Below are positions 11,865 to 22,123 of a DNA stretch of 64,000 bases, piece by piece (position 1 is the stretch's first letter; each line of letters opens with the position of its first letter). The translations under genes and the position numbers were made by a program. Origin of the DNA: Porphyridium purpureum (taxonomy: Eukaryota); contig VRMN01000010.1 of the NCBI GenBank assembly GCA_008690995.1, forward strand, positions 558,001 to 622,000, read 5' to 3'. The notes beneath the pieces were generated by a model, which saw only the letters and a program-made list of their open reading frames with translations, was not told where the DNA came from and made no database searches.

Positions 11865-12633
11865 CCTCTTCCCCCTTCTGTTCTTCACTCCCCCCTCTCT
11901 TCTTCCCACCCTCTTCTCTCTCCACTCTTTCATCCCAAGCGCCTCGTACGAACCGCCATCCGGCTCCGACGGTTTCATAGTAAAACATCCCTATTTACTT
12001 AGAAATACGGTACAGTTCTGTTCCAGAGGGAAGATGGCACGCACTGTTAAGACGAACCCTCCAAGCTAGAGCGGTTCGGATGATCGGTTTATCGGTTTAT
12101 CGGTATGTGTCACTTTTTTTGTTTGTTGCGCGAGGTCGTGCACGTGCCGAACATGAGCGCTGATGTGTTTGGCGCGTTGAATAGAGGGATGATAGATTTA
12201 TGACGTCGATCAGACGATAGTGTGGGGTCTGCCAGACACCAAGCTTGTCGACGAGCCGCGCGCGTCGTTGATGAGACCGTCGTCAATGGACCTGGCTGCC
12301 ACCGCGGCGGTCTGTGTGTCGAGAACCGTGAGCGGGCTAAAGTCCGGCGGAATCACAAACGCTGACATGCAACCGCACAAAGGCCGCAGTATCGCAACGC
12401 GGGTCGTGTGGCCGAGATGTGGGCTCCATCCACGAGGCCGTGATTCTGGAGAGACTGTCTGCTGCCGCCGGCGAAGAGATCTTCATTTGCATGCGCGGAC
12501 CGCTACCCAGGATCAAATTTGCCTGTTTGCATCACCTAGATGAGCTTAGTGACGCCAACGATAAAACTTTAGCGCGCATGAAATCACCAAAACACTTCTT
12601 TCGGACGTACGCTCTCCACACACACGGCACGGC

Positions 12634-13341
12634 TCAGTACCAAGTGTGCTCAGAGGCCTGATACTCCTTCCAGAGCTCGAGCATCTCGGCCTGACACAGT
12701 TGATGGCATGGCAGTGGGCGCTGCGCCGGGTCAGGTTGTCGCACAGCGTGGTAAATGGGCGCGTCATCGAAACGACCATATTCGAGAGCGTCGGCAATCG
12801 AGCCAGCATAGTAGATAGTGTCGAGCCTGGCCCACCAGCAAGCGGCGTAGCACATGGGGCAGGGCTCGCCGGTGGTGTAGATGACGTGTCCGGTCAGCAC
12901 ATGTGAATTGATGTTCTTGCATGCCATCCGAATGGCGTTGACCTCACCATGGGCCGTGGGGTCTCGCGTGGCCAGCACGCTGTTGGCCGCGAGCGCGACG
13001 ACGGCACCCGTAGACACATTTACGACGGCCGCACCGAACGGCCCGCCGTTCTTCTCCTCCAGACTCGACTTGCGCGCCGCATCAATGGCCAGGCGCATGT
13101 ACTTTTCGTGATCGAGGCCATCTACCACTTGCACGTGGCCCATCGTCGCCGAATCACTGTACGCTCTTCTCGCACACGCCGCTCGCCCGTCAAACGCAGT
13201 GCGCGCTACACCCAGCGACCCACCTCGACACCACCACAGCCACTCGCGCACCAGTACAGATACAAGCCCGCGCACGGCAGCCGCTTGTGCAGTCTGTGCA
13301 GATATCAGGAGTCGTGCTCGTCGCGCTTCCAGTCTTCTCAT
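12634..13341 (-). CDS. Guanine deaminase, cytidine-deaminase superfamily (GuaD-like); internal ATG at 13143
   Basis: Motifs GGPFGA, DPTAHGE, EPCPMC, FDD and a terminal Tyr. The N-terminal Arg-rich extension ends in RRAYS. Confidence 0.85.
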   Translation of the reverse strand: MRRLEARRARLLISAQTAQAAAVRGLVSVLVREWLWWCRGGSLGVARTAFDGRAACARRAYSDSATMGHVQVVDGLDHEKYMRLAIDAARKSSLEEKNGGPFGAAVVNVSTGAVVALAANSVLATRDPTAHGEVNAIRMACKNINSHVLTGHVIYTTGEPCPMCYAACWWARLDTIYYAGSIADALEYGRFDDAPIYHAVRQPDPAQRPLPCHQLCQAEMLELWKEYQASEHTWY

Positions 13342-13959
13342 TCCTTTCCGTCACCTCCATGCGCCGCCCCGCATCAACCCCCCCAAAACCCGACTCCGGA
13401 GAACACTGACATCCGTTCTGTCCTAGGAGTCAGTTAATCCATCCAAGCAACCAGGCCACCAACCCGCCATGGCGTGACGCAGCTTCAGAGCACACAGAGC
13501 CCGCTCAGTCTTCCACACCCTCCCCAACTCCCATTCCAACCCGCCCCCCCCCCACCAACGCACGCTCTGAACATCACAAAGTAACCCCGTTTTACTACAA
13601 CCTCCGACATCACCCGCAAATCCACGACTGTACTTTACCACTGTACACCCAGTACTCTAACCCTCTTGAACGGCTGAAAGTACAGTGCAAGAAAATCGAG
13701 TGTACCGCTTCGCTGACCGGCTTGCGCGGGGCGCGCGTGTCGGCGTTGACGTGCGGAGAACGTGGCGCTTTTGATATGTGGACGCTCGCTGGCGGTCATC
13801 GGAATAGGTCGCGACAGTACTTTATGGTCCGGGGTAAGTACAGTGCGTTTGAGTGATTCGGATAGGCGTGTTGGCCTGTGCGCGTGTGTTTCTGGACACG
13901 CGCCAAGCGCCAGAATCACGTCGTGCGTGTGTTTGATTAGGACGTCGCGGTTCTTGGAA

Positions 13960-14280
13960 AACGGGGGAGGGTCGAGTTTGGTTGGGTCGTGTGGGAATAG
14001 AGAGAGGGAGAGGAAGGGGAAGAGAGCTAAGTGGCTGGAGTTGAGGGGGAAGTAGAGGGAGGAGGGGAGGTGGGTGGGTTGGGTGTGTGTGTGTGTGTGG
14101 CAGAGTTGGGGCGTGCGGGTAGACGCGCGTGGATGGGGGTTGGGGTTGGGGGTTGCGGCGTGGAGGAGTAGGGAGGTGGTGTGGCGGTAGTGTGGAGGAG
14201 GGTTTGCGGGGGTGGAGGTGATTTTGGGGAAGGGGAGACGGCGCGTGGGTGGAGGAGGTTGAGAAGGGAAGGGTGTGAAG
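13960..14280 (+). repeat. G/purine-rich low-complexity leader with a GT microsatellite and GGGGTT-like runs
   Basis: Directly visible, e.g. gggggttggggttgggggttg near 14135-14155 and (GT)n near 14083-14099. Confidence 0.8.
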
Positions 14281-14955
14281 ATGGAGCGGAGGATGCGTGT
14301 AGTGGTCGCGGCGGCGGTCGTGGTGGCGGTCGTGGCGATGTGCGGGCGTGCCGTGGAAGGGCAGATGGCGGGAGATGAGGTTTTTTGTCTCGATCGGGAC
14401 AATCAGCAGTGCAGCATTGGCATGCCGATGAATTGCGTGACAAGAAACTGCGAGCTGCCGGTGCCGTACTTTTTTGACATGACCTTGACGGGCATCTTCC
14501 GACCAGGGTTTTCGTGCCTCTTGCAGGACGCCACGTGCGTCAATCCAGATTGTGCGGTGGAGCCGTGCATCATCGCCAATCAGCAGACGGACTGGGTCAT
14601 CGGCTTTTTGACGCGAGACGCCATGGGCAACTTTCTGGCAACAAACTGCAACACGATTTGTGATGCCTTCAACGCGCCCGTGACAGGCACGTGCAACGCG
14701 GGCCCGATCAGTGACCTCAGGAACAACCCGATCCAGGCCGTCATTGCGACCTACTTTACACCGCTCGTTTGTGCACCAGGTGGCGGGAACACTGCTGCGC
14801 CTGGCATTAACGTGGATGCAGCGACTGGTACAGTCGGGAGCTGCCCCTTCTCAAATGCGTATCAAGGCTGCAGTGCGACTAACGCCGGAGGTCCGACGAC
14901 GGGAACGTTCGCGCCAATTTGCTGCTGTGGCGCAAACTGCCCAATCCCTCCTTAG
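14281..14955 (+). CDS. Secreted Cys-rich protein of unknown function
   Basis: Signal peptide MERRMRVVVAAAVVVAVVAMCGRAVEG; many Cys; ends APICCCGANCPIPP. Confidence 0.75.
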   Translation: MERRMRVVVAAAVVVAVVAMCGRAVEGQMAGDEVFCLDRDNQQCSIGMPMNCVTRNCELPVPYFFDMTLTGIFRPGFSCLLQDATCVNPDCAVEPCIIANQQTDWVIGFLTRDAMGNFLATNCNTICDAFNAPVTGTCNAGPISDLRNNPIQAVIATYFTPLVCAPGGGNTAAPGINVDAATGTVGSCPFSNAYQGCSATNAGGPTTGTFAPICCCGANCPIPP

Positions 14956-15165
14956 TCTGTCCACGTGTATGGCCTTTTTTTGCTTCTTGACCTTCGAGCA
15001 GCGACAGCGACAGACACAGTAAAAGTGTGGCGAATTTATTCTTGGTCCACGAAGCCATCGCACAAATTGGGAGATGGAAAATCGTTTTTCGGTGTCGCCA
15101 ATAGCGATAAATTCCAAAGAGTGACGCAGACTAAGGCGGTTTCACGGGCGCCTGCCCGCGCACAG

Positions 15166-15639
15166 ATGTTACGCTATGCTGCGCTCTGGCGGCGCCGGTT
15201 GTGCTCGTCTCTTCCCGAGCCCCGAGGCAATCGCATGGCGACTCAGTCCGAGCCACGCGCGACAGAGCAAGTGCGAGACGCTGAGCGACAGATCCACGAG
15301 GAGTATCAGGAGGTAGACATTGAGAAACTCTATCCAGACGTCCCCGAGCTTAAAGATGAGGAAATGCTCTTTGGAGTCACTGCGCGGCGCATTCGCCTGT
15401 TGCAGCTGATTTCGATGACGCTGGTAGCTGCTTCGTTTGTCATGACGTACGAGGCGCCGAGTGGTCACAAGGAGCATGCTTTCTCCAAACCCCAAAGGTT
15501 TTTGAGGCTGCAGTGGGATCGTTTCTGGTACGATCCGCGCGTGGACGGCCCATACCGTCCGGGTGAGCAGCCAGAGCCTATAACAACGGAAGGAGGTCAA
15601 GCAGAGGCGGCCGCAAGCTCGACAGGCGGTCCAAAGTGA
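15166..15639 (+). CDS. Small single-TM protein, probably mitochondrial
   Basis: Presequence-like MLRYAALWRRRLCSS, one hydrophobic helix (LLQLISMTLVAASFVM), then EHAFSKPQRFLR...W. Confidence 0.55.
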   Translation: MLRYAALWRRRLCSSLPEPRGNRMATQSEPRATEQVRDAERQIHEEYQEVDIEKLYPDVPELKDEEMLFGVTARRIRLLQLISMTLVAASFVMTYEAPSGHKEHAFSKPQRFLRLQWDRFWYDPRVDGPYRPGEQPEPITTEGGQAEAAASSTGGPK

Positions 15640-15741
15640 CAGGCTGGATCAACGTACATCGCGCCGTTTTTTTCCGTTTTCGTTTATTCTTCTTTATACC
15701 TGAAACAAGAGAACATGTTCGATGCGGTGCAGCCAGATCGT

Positions 15742-16770
15742 TTACGGTTCGAGCGCGTCCTTGCGAGCACTCGCGAGAACGTGAAGCTTCCGATACGCCA
15801 AGTATGCGACGGTCAGCACCGCGCCAAGACCGAGCGAGGCGTTGATCAGCACACGCGGCTGCTTCCAGTACGAGGCAGTGTTGTAAAAGCTTTGCGCGGA
15901 ACGCAGCGCTGCACTCATTTGAGCATCGTCTGATTCTGCATACTCGGCGGGCACGCGGCCATCCAAATCGCGCTGCATGAGCATTTCCTCCGGTAACGAG
16001 TTGAAGCCGACCGAGCACACGTGGCGTCTGTACCTATGTGCGTACGTCAACAAAAGCCGCACGACGCGGGCATGGCCGCAGATACACGCGACGTGAAGCG
16101 CAGTCTGCTGCTGTTCGTCACGATCCAGCAGCTCCGCGCCGTGATCCAACAGTACAGAACACATCTTTGGAACACCTGCATCAGCTGCGCGCATCAATGC
16201 TGTCATTCCATACCCATCTCGGCAATTGGCTAGCTCTTTTGCGTCAGGCGCCTGCTTCAAAAGCCTGTGCAACCGTGACACATCTCCCAACTCAATAGAC
16301 TCAAACAAGGCAGCCTCGGCGGAGCCCGGTGGCAATACTGTGCCCTCCTGCTGATGGTTTTCCCCATTGGCACCGTAAACAAATCCTTGTGGTGCGCTCT
16401 TGCCCATGCCTCCGTCTGCCGCGGAACGACCGGCGTCGCTGGACGAGCCGAGCTTCCCTTGCTCCTTCATGGCATCGAGAAGGTCAACAAGCTGCACGTA
16501 CCTATGCATGGCCTGCGGTACATCCAGCGCGCTACATGCCGCCCACGCCTCGCGCTTGGCTGATGCGCGCGGATCCATGCGGCTCATCCACGACACGCCC
16601 GCCGCGTCATCTTCTACGCGTCCCTTACTCACGCGCGAATACAGCCCGTAGAGCTGCAGAAGGATCTCAGACGGCACATTGCCAGACCCAAATTCGTTAC
16701 TACTGATGCGCTCAACTGCGCGCTCATAGCGCGCCGACGCGGCGTCATCGTCATCACCCGAGCCGATCAT
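15742..16770 (-). CDS. Acyl-CoA-binding domain plus ankyrin repeats with C-terminal TM
   Basis: ACB domain LLQLYGLY...AKREAW...AMHRYVQLV; ankyrin motifs GMTALMRA and QTALHVAC; hydrophobic tail SLGLGAVLTVAYLAYRK. Confidence 0.85.
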   Translation of the reverse strand: MIGSGDDDDAASARYERAVERISSNEFGSGNVPSEILLQLYGLYSRVSKGRVEDDAAGVSWMSRMDPRASAKREAWAACSALDVPQAMHRYVQLVDLLDAMKEQGKLGSSSDAGRSAADGGMGKSAPQGFVYGANGENHQQEGTVLPPGSAEAALFESIELGDVSRLHRLLKQAPDAKELANCRDGYGMTALMRAADAGVPKMCSVLLDHGAELLDRDEQQQTALHVACICGHARVVRLLLTYAHRYRRHVCSVGFNSLPEEMLMQRDLDGRVPAEYAESDDAQMSAALRSAQSFYNTASYWKQPRVLINASLGLGAVLTVAYLAYRKLHVLASARKDALEP

Positions 16771-16946
16771 CCTTCTCCGAATGCACCTCGGCTCCCACCT
16801 TGACACTCTCGTGAAACAAAATGTGAAAAAGTCAGTTTAGTAATAAAAACAACACCCATTCTCTTACAAACTGTGACGCGGGTTTCCCCTCACCATCTTC
16901 TTGGGTCTGCTGCTTGAGAAGCCGAACGCAGCTCGGTCCTGACGCG

Positions 16947-18176
16947 TCAAAGCAGCGTCCATTGCACCTCGGCACGGCCCTGGATCGAATGCCGCCGTAT
17001 TTGGAACTTGCTCGGGTCGCTGAAAGTGTCGTCCTCATCGTCGTCGCTATTCAGTCTGAGCTTTTGCGCCTGGACGTCCAGGACCAGCGGCGGAAAAGGC
17101 CGCCGCAGCGCGAGCGACGGCACCTTGGTGGACACTTCCGCAAATAAGATTTCGGCAAAAAGGGTCGGATCCTCAAAATGCGGGCAGTGATCCGTATCCA
17201 TGGTGTAGAGCGTGCAGGCGACCTGATGTGCAACGTAAGTGGTGTACAGCTCCTCCACATGCGCCATGGGAACCAACGCATCGTTCCTGGCTCCAATCAG
17301 GCAAACAGGGATGTTCAGCGGTCGCATGGTCTCCACCAAGGACAGCTGACATTCTGCTGCCAGCGGCGACTTCCATCGGATCATATTGCGCACAGCAAAG
17401 TCACCGGAGCCCTCACCTGGCTGCGACGCCAGCGCCCAGGTGTAATCCCTCATGCGGTCGCGCACGTACGACTCTAGCTTCGGAAATTTGATCAAAAACA
17501 GCAGATATCCAAGCAGACCACCCCGGCGCGCAGCGGCTTGTGGCGTGATGGAAAAATAGAACGCACGGTACAGGGCCAATTCGCGGCGAATGGCGGCGGG
17601 CGCAATCAAGCTCAAATGCAGTACGCGCTCTGGGTTCCGGCTCGCAAAGGTGTGGGCGACATACGCGCCGAGGCTGTGTCCGAGGAGCACAAAGCGTCCC
17701 AGTCCCAGCTCATCCGCCCAATCTGTGAGGCTGTTGACAAAAAAATCGACCGACGCGAGCGGGTCGTGACCCTCAAACGGCGGCCGGCTCGAGCGCGCCC
17801 ACCCCAACAAGTCTGGCGCGTACACGCGGAAGCCCATCTCTACCAGGTGGTCAAAGTTCCGATAAAAGAATGCGGACGACATGCTGTGGCCATGCAGAAG
17901 CACGATGACTGGCTGCTGCTGCTGCTGCCATTGAGCGCCCTTTTCGCCGCCGCTCGCAACAAGGGTGTGGATGACATGCCCACCCCTCACTGGCACCCAA
18001 ACATGGTCCAGCTCGCAACCCACTCGCGCCAGAATCCTCTGCTCCGCGCGTTCTACCGCCTTAATGGTGGACGGCTTGACCCAGCCAAACACCGCGCGCT
18101 GGAGCTCCAACGCAAACACGACATTTGCCGCCGCCTTGATGACACCAAGCACCAGTCCTCCTAGCCAAACCACCAT
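16947..18176 (-). CDS. Alpha/beta hydrolase, ABHD4/ABHD5 (CGI-58)-like
   Basis: Motifs AEQRIL, VLLHG, FYRNFDHL, DLLGWARSSRP, nucleophile elbow GHSLG, C-terminal His (DHCPHFED). Confidence 0.85.
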   Translation of the reverse strand: MVVWLGGLVLGVIKAAANVVFALELQRAVFGWVKPSTIKAVERAEQRILARVGCELDHVWVPVRGGHVIHTLVASGGEKGAQWQQQQQPVIVLLHGHSMSSAFFYRNFDHLVEMGFRVYAPDLLGWARSSRPPFEGHDPLASVDFFVNSLTDWADELGLGRFVLLGHSLGAYVAHTFASRNPERVLHLSLIAPAAIRRELALYRAFYFSITPQAAARRGGLLGYLLFLIKFPKLESYVRDRMRDYTWALASQPGEGSGDFAVRNMIRWKSPLAAECQLSLVETMRPLNIPVCLIGARNDALVPMAHVEELYTTYVAHQVACTLYTMDTDHCPHFEDPTLFAEILFAEVSTKVPSLALRRPFPPLVLDVQAQKLRLNSDDDEDDTFSDPSKFQIRRHSIQGRAEVQWTLL

Positions 18177-19192
18177 CGTCTCGTCGCGCGCCCCGCCGCA
18201 CTATTCGGCCACGTCTCCTCCCCACTTCGCTCCGGCACGCGAAGCTCAGACGAAACTGGCAGCTCCTCAATGCCGCCGCTTCGCCCTGTATCTCTGTGTC
18301 TCTGTGTCTCTGCCGTTCTCAAGCCTGCACAGGCGCTGACAACGCCGTCATCCACCCGTTGTCACAAACTCCAGAGCCGCACACATTCATCCCACTTGCC
18401 ACCACCACTTTCCTTCATCCACTCCAAAACATTTAAAATTAAAAAACGAAGAGAAATTGAACTCGCGCAAAAATGCCGAAAACCGACTTCCATTCAAGGT
18501 ATTTGTTGCGGGCTCCCTTTTTCTATTTTCGGCGGTTCCGATCCAGTTTCTCAAAAATACGGGCGTGGGTCAAGCTTCCAGTGCACGGAATTAAGAGCAG
18601 ACTGGCATAAATCATGCGGTTCATGCGTGTTTTTGTGGAAGGAACCCCGAACAAAACGCACGCGGTGCTTACACGGAAGCGGAGCCGTATCGCATCGCAT
18701 CGCATCGCATCACGTGCCATGCAGAGGTACCGTTGGATGCACTTGTGTGTTTGATTGAACCCTTGTCGTGACTGATGCGGATGAGTTAGAATGAGGGTTG
18801 GGTCGTGCAGGTGTACCGCGGGCGGGTTGCGCACTGTACTTGGCGTGTGGTGCTGGTCATGGCTATTGAAAAGGAATGCGGAAGTACAGCCTTGTGGGGT
18901 GCCGACGCCGACGGGGCGTTTGTGATGTTTTACGGCTGTTCTACTATAAACAACATGAACCGGCGCGCGGGGAAGAGAAAGTGAAAACGCGGAGACGAGA
19001 CGCAACAAGAGCGAGAGAGAGAGGAGTGTGTGTGTGTGTGTGTGGGTTTGGGTTGTGCAGTGTGGATTAAGTGTGCGACTGGACCTACGCAGCTGTGTAG
19101 GGCCTTAAAGTGTGTTGCACATACATTCCACATCGTAAAGGGGGAAGGGTTGTTAGTTTGTTGGGTGACGCGACGCGGTTGAGGTTGGCAAG

Positions 19193-20137
19193 ATGGTGCA
19201 TGCGACAAAGAAGGTCAAGTACTTTTCGCGACTCGAGCAGCTGCTCGGTCAGTACCCGAAATTCTTGTTGGTGAACGCGGATAATGTGGGATCGAAGCAG
19301 CTCCAGGAGCTGCGCATTCAGCTGCGTGGCTCCACCGAGATTTGCATGGGCAAGAACACGATGATGCGAAAATGCATTCGCGGACTCGTGAAGAAGAACC
19401 CGGCTCTCGAGCAGTTGCTGCCAAAGCTCGTCGGAAACGTCGGATTTGTGTTCACAACAATGGATTTGAAGGAGTGCCGCGATATCTTGCTTTCGAACAA
19501 GGTGCCGGCCGGCGCCAAAGCAGGCACCCTTGCGCAGTGCGACGTGACCATTCCGGCAGGCCCGACCGGCATGGAGCCCACGCTTACATCGTTCTTCCAA
19601 ATCCTGAACATTCAGACCAAGATCAACAAGGGAGCTATCGAAATCATCGCCGATGTGCATTTGCTGACAAAGGGTGAAAAGATCGGAAGCTCGGAAGTGG
19701 CCCTGTTGCAAAAGCTCAAGCTGATGCCCTTCTCGTACGCGCTGCAGGTTATCGACATTTACGATAATGGATCAATGTATGACCCCAAGGTGCTGGACAT
19801 CACCGAGGCGGACATTGTCGCGCATATGGTGACTGGTCTGAAGAATGTTGCGGCCATCTCGCTCGCAGCAGACTACCCGACCGCGGCTTCCGTGCCGCAC
19901 TCGATCGCCTCTGGCTTTTCAAACCTTATGTATGTGGCATTGGGCTCGGATGTGACGTTCCCACGAGTCGAAAAGCTCAAGGCACTTCTGGACGATCCTG
20001 AGGCTTTGGCCGCACTCGCTGCAGCAGCGCCGGCCGCTGGTTCTGCGGCGGCGGCACCTGCCGCTGCCGCCGCCGCTGCTCCGGAGCCAGAACCAGAAGA
20101 GGAGGAAGAGGAGGCGGACTTTGATCTTTTCGATTAG
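19193..20137 (+). CDS. RPLP0: 60S acidic ribosomal protein P0 (uL10)
   Basis: Motifs [34 protein letters not shown], Ala-rich hinge and [12 protein letters not shown] tail. Confidence 0.98.
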   Translation: MVHATKKVKYFSRLEQLLGQYPKFLLVNADNVGSKQLQELRIQLRGSTEICMGKNTMMRKCIRGLVKKNPALEQLLPKLVGNVGFVFTTMDLKECRDILLSNKVPAGAKAGTLAQCDVTIPAGPTGMEPTLTSFFQILNIQTKINKGAIEIIADVHLLTKGEKIGSSEVALLQKLKLMPFSYALQVIDIYDNGSMYDPKVLDITEADIVAHMVTGLKNVAAISLAADYPTAASVPHSIASGFSNLMYVALGSDVTFPRVEKLKALLDDPEALAALAAAAPAAGSAAAAPAAAAAAAPEPEPEEEEEEADFDLFD

Positions 20138-20470
20138 GAGTGAGGGGCTTTTTATGAGCATGAATCTTTGTCTCTTTGTGTAAATCACAGTAGCATTGAT
20201 GGTCCCGTCATGCGTTCCTACGAATCTGACTTCATTATCCGGCGCACATATCAAGAGAGCTCACGGCTCTGTTGCGCGTCAAGCGGTGCATGGAAGGAAT
20301 GCTCCGAATCTAGCGCAGCGCTCGACAGGACAAGCGATACAATGAAGACATGATTACAACTGAAACTGGTTGAAACGCGACTTTGCGTGCCTAATTGGAT
20401 GACCGGGCGTTCTCCAAACGAAAGTACACAGTGCATTCTGGAATCTCCTGCACCAGCAATATTACTCCAT

Positions 20471-22123
20471 TCATCCGTCCCGAGAGGCTCCCTTTGATAT
20501 AATTCTCTCCTCCACTTTCGAAATAAGCTCTTGGCGAGTGCTCATCTGCGCGGACAACTGCTTGCCGCAATGGTTCACGGTGCCCAAGTAGGTATTTTCA
20601 AGTTTGTTCAGCACGTCCACGATACCCATGTTTGTCTTCTGACCCGTGCCTGCATCCTTGACCGGATTACTACTGTCCTCGAGCGAAACTTGCATAACTT
20701 GGCCAGTCCCAGTTCGCTCAGCCGCACTCCACAGAAGGCAATGAAAGTGTGCGCACGCAATGCCCTTGACACTCACAGAGCCGGGCAATTGCACATGGCC
20801 CGGCGCCGCCTGCTTGGCACTGCCACCGTTGCCCAACTGACCGTAGATATTGCTACCCCACGCATAAACCTCGCGCGACTCGGTGAGTACCAGCATGAAG
20901 TTATGGCCGCATTTCACATCGACCGCGCGTGTTGGAAGCTGTTCGACGAGTTTGGGCCGCAGCGAGTCGCGAAAGTCACCATGACCAAGCTGGCCGTCCG
21001 AGCCACACCCCCACGTGTACACGCTACCCAGGTTGGTCAGGGCTGCTGAAAAACGGTCTCCTGATGAGACAGTTTGAATGACGAGACCCATGAGGCCCTT
21101 AATTTGTGTAGGCAACGTGAACACGTCGCCCTTCTTGCCAGTTCCGAGCTGGCCATACTCATTGCTACCCCATCCGAACACCTCGCCGTTCCTGGTGATG
21201 GCAAATGAGTGCCGATCACCACACGCTATGGAGACCACGCGGCTCGGGAAGCGGTACGTAATTTCTGTGGGAACCATGTAGCTCTCTGTGTCACCCAATC
21301 CGAGCTGCCCGTGCGCGCCCCAGCCCCACGAGTACAGCCTGCCGCTTTCTGTCAGCGCCAGATTGGAGTGATACCCGCAAACAATACGAACCACCTTGTC
21401 GCAGGCTGCAAGCGCCGCCAGCGCTGCAATCAGCACGGGTGTCGTATGGATTTTTTCATCGCCGTGCCCGAGTCTGCCGTTTTTCCCACCTCCCCAGCTG
21501 TAAACAAATCCGTTATCTGCGAGCGCAATGGTGTGATACCTGCCACAAGCCACGGAAATAATGCGCGAAGGAGTGCAGGCGACGTCTTCAGAGGCTTGAG
21601 CAGCAGCTGGGGCGCTCGGAAAGCGAACCTCAGTCGGTTCACACACGTCTGTACGATCGCCGAGCCCAAGCTGGCCATACTGCGAGTACCCAAAGACCCT
21701 CACGGACCCGTCGCCCATCAGCACACACGTATGACCTCCACCGCAGGCCGCCATCTGCACGACGGGACGCAGCAACGCCGACTGATACGCTCCAGCTAAC
21801 GATCCGGAATCGTCACCTTCGACACCCACGGATCCTGCCGCGCCGGCGACCGCAGCGGAAGCGGCGCTACTCGCATTTGCACACGTAAACCACTCGACCG
21901 GCTCTGGAACGCGCGAGTCCGCGTTGACATGGTTTCGGCCGAGCCGAAAATTCTTGGACCGACCCCAAGAATACACCGAGTTTTTGGTCGAGCTGGCCGG
22001 CGCGAAGCCGGCGCTACCCGCACTGGAGCTGCGCGAGTGCGACGTCGAGCGCTGCGGCGGCGGAGGCAGTCCCGCTGAGATCTCTGCGGTACCGGCAAGG
22101 TCCCTGTCACCGTTTTCATCCAT
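20471..22123 (-). CDS. RCC1-repeat beta-propeller protein
   Basis: Repeated VYSWG..GQLG.G and ACG..H[TS] units (about seven). Confidence 0.9.
   Translation of the reverse strand: MDENGDRDLAGTAEISAGLPPPPQRSTSHSRSSSAGSAGFAPASSTKNSVYSWGRSKNFRLGRNHVNADSRVPEPVEWFTCANASSAASAAVAGAAGSVGVEGDDSGSLAGAYQSALLRPVVQMAACGGGHTCVLMGDGSVRVFGYSQYGQLGLGDRTDVCEPTEVRFPSAPAAAQASEDVACTPSRIISVACGRYHTIALADNGFVYSWGGGKNGRLGHGDEKIHTTPVLIAALAALAACDKVVRIVCGYHSNLALTESGRLYSWGWGAHGQLGLGDTESYMVPTEITYRFPSRVVSIACGDRHSFAITRNGEVFGWGSNEYGQLGTGKKGDVFTLPTQIKGLMGLVIQTVSSGDRFSAALTNLGSVYTWGCGSDGQLGHGDFRDSLRPKLVEQLPTRAVDVKCGHNFMLVLTESREVYAWGSNIYGQLGNGGSAKQAAPGHVQLPGSVSVKGIACAHFHCLLWSAAERTGTGQVMQVSLEDSSNPVKDAGTGQKTNMGIVDVLNKLENTYLGTVNHCGKQLSAQMSTRQELISKVEERIISKGASRDG

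Noticed and set aside
14134..14156. Telomeric (TTGGGG) repeat
   Set aside because: Only about three imperfect units inside a generally G-rich leader.
20471..22123. UVR8 photoreceptor
   Set aside because: RCC1 repeats are present but the GWRHT tryptophan motifs of UVR8 are absent.
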